Source of the DNA: Ostreococcus lucimarinus
Taxonomy: Eukaryota
Assembly (NCBI GenBank): GCA_000092065.1
Contig: CP000601.1
DNA: 64,000 bases
Direction: 5' to 3' (one strand)
Made by a program: the position numbers and the translations under genes
Notes under the pieces: model-generated
Told to the model about the DNA's origin: nothing
The model's database searches: none
What the model saw: only the letters and a program-made list of their open reading frames with translations
Part shown: positions 59,136 to 64,000 of the stretch, piece by piece
Layout: each line of letters begins with the position of its first letter
Position numbering within the stretch: position 1 is the stretch's first letter

Positions 59136-61355
59136 ATGGACGCCCCCGAGCTCGCGATCGCGCTGGACGAGCTCGCCATCTTACCTCCCGCGTCGCTCGC
59201 GCACGTTCCCACCCTGCGCGCCGCGCACGCCGCGCTCCGGTCGTCCCAGTGTCCCGGCGTCGCCGCCGCGCCCGCGCGCGACGTCGCCGACGCGCCCGAA
59301 CAGCTCGACGTCGACCGCCTCCACGACGTCTTCGACGCGTGCGCGCGCGCGGGGTGCGCGTCGGTGATCGCGCACTACGTCGACGAAGTGTGCCTGAGCG
59401 ACGATGGAAGGTTCTCGAGCGACGACGGCGCGGAGGCGTACGCGCGGGACGGGGCGTGCGCGAGCGCGTGGGCGCGAAGAGCGACGAGACGAGCGAGCGA
59501 AAGAGTGCACGCGAGCGCGGGAAGACCGCGAGAGGCGAGAGTGGCGGCGGTGGAGGACGCGATGCGAACGCTGGAGGCGGCGCGAAGGACGGTGGAGGCG
59601 CTGGGAGGATGGAGAGAGGACGGGGACGAGGCGAACGCGGAGCGAGAGGCGCTGCGAGCGACGGCGGATGAAGTGGTGACGAGACAGCTGCAGGCGGAGG
59701 CGCTGCTGTGGGCGGCGAGAGAGGGATTGAGTGATGCGGTGGGGGCGCGATACGGTGGACCGGCGGCGTGGGCGGGGGCGGTGCAACGGCGAAGGAGCGC
59801 GGCGGCGAACGGGGACGCGCGATTCGGAGGCGCAAACGCGACGACGTTTTTAGATGATTTACTCGCGGGGGTGGGCGAGCATCAGCCAGCGTATCCGTTC
59901 AAGACGGTGACGGATGCGGCGAAGTGCGTGTTCGTGGACGGGAGCGCGTCGCCGGCGGCGCTCGTGGCGAAGAAGTGTTTGTTTCTGTACTTTTTGCTCG
60001 ATTCCGGCTTGCCGCACGACGGGTCGCCGATGGAGTACGCGCGACAAGCGCGTATTCATCCGAGGTTGTTTCAAGAAACGCGCGCAGCGGTATTGCTCGA
60101 TGACTCAGAGAACGAGGCGTCGCTCGACGAGGCGTGCGCGCTCTTACCTCGCGTCGCGCATCCGTTGTTGCCGGTGAAGTTTATCGCGAGTTTAGCTCGA
60201 CGCGGTCGCGCGACGACGGCGTTAATGGTGGCGCGCGCGCGCGCGCCTTCGTCCTCGGACACCGAGGCCATAGGTTTAGATGTTTCAATCCGTCTCGCGT
60301 GCGGTCTCATCGCCGAGGCGTTTATCGCCGTCAGAGACGCGTTCAAGACGTTTCCCGAATTGCGCGGCGATTCAAAATCAGGCGCATACCTCGTGAGTCT
60401 GTTGTTAGATCACGGCGTCGAGAAGCTTTGCCTGGACAAGGTCCTCGAGCTTCCGTTTTACGGCGAGATGGAGAAGTTACTGCTCGACCTCTTGTGGGCG
60501 CGACGCTCGGAAGTTCCCGTGGAGACTGGAATTTTGTACTTGCTCAACCGAGGACGCGCGCTCGAGGCGTCCGAGTTGTTCTCCAAAGCCAGAAGTGAAG
60601 GGCGTTTAGAAGACGAGCACGCCGCGAAACTCGTGAAGCGAATGCAGGAGAGTTTGTCACGCTTGCCGGTGCCGCAAAAAGTACTCGTGGCGGAAGCCGC
60701 GAGGCAAAGAGGCGACGACGACGCCTTGTTGGCTCGCTCGCTCGTCGTGCGGGACGCATCGGAGGACGCTTTGGCCACCACCGCGAGCGCACTGTTGATC
60801 GATGAAGTCAAGGAATTCGAGGCCGTGTTGAAGAGCGAAGACGCCGCCGTCGGCATCTTGCCGTTTCTCAAACCACCCATCGAACTTGCGCGCGAGCGGC
60901 GAGAGCCGTCGATCGACAGCGCGACGGCGGCGTTGGCCACGACGATGTTGGTAAGCCCGGGCAAACCTTTGACGTTCGTTCGACCGCACGACGCGAAGGC
61001 CGATCGTCGCAGCGCGCTCGAACGCGGTCCGTCGTCCTCACCCGCTGGCATCAAATCTCTGATGACTCCGTCGGGCGCGCGAACTTCGAGCTACACGGTT
61101 CCCGAACCGACCATGTACGCCTCACCGTTCGGTGCGCGTCGTCGACCATCACTGGACGAGCCCACCGTCGCACCGCCGCCGAAGGATCACACCGCGTCTT
61201 TGCTGTTCGGCGCGCGTCCGACGCCGCTTCCCGGCGGAGACTTCCCATCCTTCCTCTCGCCCGCGCCCAAGCGCGCCGCGCGTGCATCGACGCGCGACGA
61301 ACGCGGCGATCCCTCCGACTCTCCTCGGCGTCGAAGCTCACGACTCGCGAAATAA
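59136..61355 (+). CDS. ELYS-domain-like protein (possible nucleoporin ELYS/HOS1-related), assignment tentative
   Basis: KKCLFLYFLLDSGLPHDGSPMEYARQARIHPRLFQETRAAVLLDD...LDEACALL and LELPFYGEMEKLLLDLL recall the ELYS nuclear-pore-assembly domain. The C-terminus is disordered and S/P/R-rich. Confidence 0.4.
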   Translation: MDAPELAIALDELAILPPASLAHVPTLRAAHAALRSSQCPGVAAAPARDVADAPEQLDVDRLHDVFDACARAGCASVIAHYVDEVCLSDDGRFSSDDGAEAYARDGACASAWARRATRRASERVHASAGRPREARVAAVEDAMRTLEAARRTVEALGGWREDGDEANAEREALRATADEVVTRQLQAEALLWAAREGLSDAVGARYGGPAAWAGAVQRRRSAAANGDARFGGANATTFLDDLLAGVGEHQPAYPFKTVTDAAKCVFVDGSASPAALVAKKCLFLYFLLDSGLPHDGSPMEYARQARIHPRLFQETRAAVLLDDSENEASLDEACALLPRVAHPLLPVKFIASLARRGRATTALMVARARAPSSSDTEAIGLDVSIRLACGLIAEAFIAVRDAFKTFPELRGDSKSGAYLVSLLLDHGVEKLCLDKVLELPFYGEMEKLLLDLLWARRSEVPVETGILYLLNRGRALEASELFSKARSEGRLEDEHAAKLVKRMQESLSRLPVPQKVLVAEAARQRGDDDALLARSLVVRDASEDALATTASALLIDEVKEFEAVLKSEDAAVGILPFLKPPIELARERREPSIDSATAALATTMLVSPGKPLTFVRPHDAKADRRSALERGPSSSPAGIKSLMTPSGARTSSYTVPEPTMYASPFGARRRPSLDEPTVAPPPKDHTASLLFGARPTPLPGGDFPSFLSPAPKRAARASTRDERGDPSDSPRRRSSRLAK

Positions 61356-61569
61356 CGATCGATCGACTGTATTTGAAACGTTTCCATTCGACGCGCGCGT
61401 TCCCGCCCGACCGCGCGAACCGCCCGACCGACGCGCGAACCGTCGCGGTTCCGTCTCGCGCTCTGGGCAACGGTCAGTGCGCGGGACATCGCCAGACGCC
61501 GACGCGCGCGCGGCGCGTCCGCGACGCGGCTCGCGTCGAACGAAAGAAAGCGCATCGTGGCGTCGTCAC

Positions 61570-64000
61570 ATGCCGTCGCGCGCGAGAGACGTCGCGCGAA
61601 CGACGCGCGACGTCGCCGCGAAAGAGATTGGATTGTTGAGCTCTGGAGCCACCACCGCGGAGCGAAGTTTTTGGGACGTCGTCGGCGCCGCCGTCGTTTC
61701 CGCGGACGATGACGACGCTTCGCGAGAGGACTCGAACGCGCCGCTGCGCGCGGGAAGCTGCGTGGCGATGTACGCGCTCGGGGCGAGGGAAGGACGAGGG
61801 ATGTACGCGGCGCGGGACGGCGGCGGTCGGTCGACGCGCGCGAACGACGCGCCGGCGGCGACGGAGGGGAAGCGCGCGCTGGAGTTTTCGTGCGCGACGC
61901 TTCGGCGAGACGGAGTTTCAACGTCGACGTCGGCGAGTGGGGGTGGCGCGGACATCGATTCGTTGATGCTCACGGCGAGAGACGCGTCGACGCAGTTGGT
62001 GGTGCTGAGATTTGGCGAATTCTACGGGTTTCGTTCGCACGCGGCGGGGGGGAAGCTTTTGCAAGCGAGACGCAAGGCTGCGAGCGAGCTGTGCTTTTAC
62101 AACTACAACTTTGGAGTGTGCGAACAATGGGAACTGGTGAGCGTCGATCACGAGCGTGCGACGTACGGACGGGCGATGCTGTTTAGGAATAGACGCTTCG
62201 AGCACGTGACGATCAACGCCGCGGTGGTGGAGGTGCCGAAGGAGTTTTTGCCAAAGTATGCGTTGGATGATATGAGTCTCTACGACGATGATTTGGCGTA
62301 CGTGGAATATGGGACGTCGTACTACGGCAGTGACACGGAATCCGAATCGTCGGTGCTCAATCTAAAACCTTTGGCGGCGCCACCGAGTCCGAGCGCCGCA
62401 GCAAACGCGTCGCCGTCGAAGCCAAAATCGAAACAGAAGCGAGTCGAACAGCAACCCGTGTTGATCGAGCCACCGAAACCGGCCGAGTCTGCACCAAGTT
62501 GGCTTTCCGCCGCCATAGTAGAAAAGTGGACGCGCATATTCAAAGACGAAATTGAAATCCGTCGCGGTGTGGAGCGGGAGCTGGAAGGTTTGCGAGAAGA
62601 GCTGAAAATAGTGGAGAAGAGCTGGATGAACTCGGTACAAACGGTACAGTTAGAGTTTGAGTCTATCAACAATGAAGCTTTGAAGACAATGCGCAAGACG
62701 ATGCAGCAAAAGATGCGAAAGCGCGTTCAAGCGGTTCAGGTGAAAGCGATAGAGCGCATGACGCGGACGTCTGCACGCGCGTTCAGGGATGAAACTTTTA
62801 AAAGGTGGAGAGCGTTTGCGGATAAGGAACGTCGAAAGCGCGTCGGCGTCGTTCGGTTCTTATTACGGGCTGATAGACGAGGTCTCGGCGCGGCGTTTGA
62901 TGCTTGGAAGAATTACGCGAACACTCGAAAGTTGAAGCGCGAGAGGGACGCGCTGTTGAGCGCGAGGCGACGCGAGAGTCTTGCTCGACAATTCTTTGAT
63001 AGATGGAAGTCGTGTGCTTCGGAATCAAATCAAACGCGTCGAATAGCCGCGAGGGCGCATAGACGTGCGTTGACTGATAAATCCAGAGAGCTGAAGCAAA
63101 AAGTGTTCGTATCGTGGTATTTGTACGCGAAACGAGGGAAGCATGTCGCAAAGATTCAGCGTCTCGCGGTGCACAAGATGCGTGAGCGTCTGATGTTTGA
63201 CGCGTTTGAGTGTTGGAAGAACCGAGCGGAAGAGAGAAAAAGTTTCACTCAACGTCTGATGCGGACGTTCGCGCGCTGGGATAACCGCACCGCATGCGCA
63301 GCGTTTTTGAAGTGGAAAGAAGTCGTGGACGATTCACGTCATGCAAAGAAGACGTACAACGGCGTGTTACTGTGCTGGAACAAGGACTCACGCAAGACGC
63401 TGACGAAGCTTCACTTTTTCGCATGGAGAACGACTGCTCGATTCGTACGGGTGCATCGCGAAAAGATGTATGCCGTCACGCGGGAACGCATGAAAAATAA
63501 CACAACGCGAATCGTCTTCCATAATTGGAAAATGCTGAGTGCGCGACGGCAGCGCGAGGAACAACATCAGAGAGGCGTCGTGCACGCGATGGCGTCGTTG
63601 CGGTTCAAATATATTCGAGCGAATTTCGACGCTTGGCGATCACAAACGATCAAGTCTGCGTTCCGTAAACACACTGTCTCAAAGTTTATGAACAAACTAC
63701 GTCGTTACGAACTGTTGAGAGCGTTCCAAGGCTGGAGATACCGCACGCATACGTTGAGAACGCAGAGACGAAGCGTAGCGGCGACGCTAACGAGATGGCG
63801 TCAACGTGTGTTGTTGAGTTCGTGGAACCAATGGAAGTTCGCCACTCAAGAGCACTCTAAGTTGATCGCTGTGAGCGCGTTAGCCATCTTTAACCGCCAA
63901 CGACAGTCTCGACTGCGCCGAAGTTTCGCGATTTGGCGCGGCATGTGGCGGGCGCAAATGGTCGCTCTCGTCAAGATGCGCGCGTCGCACCAGTTCGCCA
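61570..64000 (+). CDS. SFI1: Sfi1-like centrin-binding-repeat protein, 3' end outside the window (absent from the supplied ORF track)
   Basis: Frame 1 is open from before 61570 to the window end. From about 62800 there are at least 12 [FLV]-x2-W-[KRNDY] motifs (FDAWKNY, FDRWKSC, FECWKNR, FLKWKEV, FFAWRTT, FHNWKML, FDAWRSQ, FQGWRYR, WNQWKFA, FAIWRGM...). They are commonly 33 residues apart, or 21 plus 12. Confidence 0.6.
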   Translation, partial: MPSRARDVARTTRDVAAKEIGLLSSGATTAERSFWDVVGAAVVSADDDDASREDSNAPLRAGSCVAMYALGAREGRGMYAARDGGGRSTRANDAPAATEGKRALEFSCATLRRDGVSTSTSASGGGADIDSLMLTARDASTQLVVLRFGEFYGFRSHAAGGKLLQARRKAASELCFYNYNFGVCEQWELVSVDHERATYGRAMLFRNRRFEHVTINAAVVEVPKEFLPKYALDDMSLYDDDLAYVEYGTSYYGSDTESESSVLNLKPLAAPPSPSAAANASPSKPKSKQKRVEQQPVLIEPPKPAESAPSWLSAAIVEKWTRIFKDEIEIRRGVERELEGLREELKIVEKSWMNSVQTVQLEFESINNEALKTMRKTMQQKMRKRVQAVQVKAIERMTRTSARAFRDETFKRWRAFADKERRKRVGVVRFLLRADRRGLGAAFDAWKNYANTRKLKRERDALLSARRRESLARQFFDRWKSCASESNQTRRIAARAHRRALTDKSRELKQKVFVSWYLYAKRGKHVAKIQRLAVHKMRERLMFDAFECWKNRAEERKSFTQRLMRTFARWDNRTACAAFLKWKEVVDDSRHAKKTYNGVLLCWNKDSRKTLTKLHFFAWRTTARFVRVHREKMYAVTRERMKNNTTRIVFHNWKMLSARRQREEQHQRGVVHAMASLRFKYIRANFDAWRSQTIKSAFRKHTVSKFMNKLRRYELLRAFQGWRYRTHTLRTQRRSVAATLTRWRQRVLLSSWNQWKFATQEHSKLIAVSALAIFNRQRQSRLRRSFAIWRGMWRAQMVALVKMRASHQFA

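Overview
The window is GC-rich, gene-dense eukaryotic nuclear DNA. It most resembles a Mamiellophyceae picoalga (Micromonas-like): it has EFL where EF-1alpha would be expected, about one gene per 1.5 kb, and few introns, which carry G|GTGCGT donors and an ACTGAC branch motif. No prokaryotic operons, CRISPR arrays or rRNA genes are present. I support about 40 protein-coding genes, mostly housekeeping. They include MLH1, CCT-zeta, EFL, FZR/CDH1, BUB3, tafazzin, SPCS3, aminopeptidase P, dihydroorotase, asparaginase, an ALKBH8-like fusion, a KDM5/JARID-like protein, an NFACT/RqcH-like protein and an Sfi1-like protein that runs off the 3' edge and is missing from the ORF track. There is also one intron-containing tRNA-Asn(GUU), a truncated duplicate of it, and four spliceosomal introns mapped by conserved-domain continuity.

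The most interesting region is 0.8-7.0 kb. Two 228-bp direct repeats (225/228 identical), each carrying the 3' 100 nt of the tRNA, bracket about 5.7 kb. The cargo is a ZIP metal transporter and a COG0523 (ZNG1-type) GTPase transcribed divergently, plus a GIY-YIG nuclease-like ORF. The 462-bp shared ZIP/COG0523 promoter holds five exact copies of RTGTCGACAY, the Arabidopsis bZIP19/23 zinc-deficiency response element, and two G-box-containing 19-mers.

Other points worth a second look:
- The KDM5-like JmjC domain has its Fe(II) ligands changed from HxE...H to RxE...Y.
- A single in-frame TAG splits that gene immediately before a PHD finger.
- Aminopeptidase P has a GC-AG intron.
- Long genes show a strong 5'-to-3' fall in GC.

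Everything rests on manual reading and motif recall. No database searches were run.
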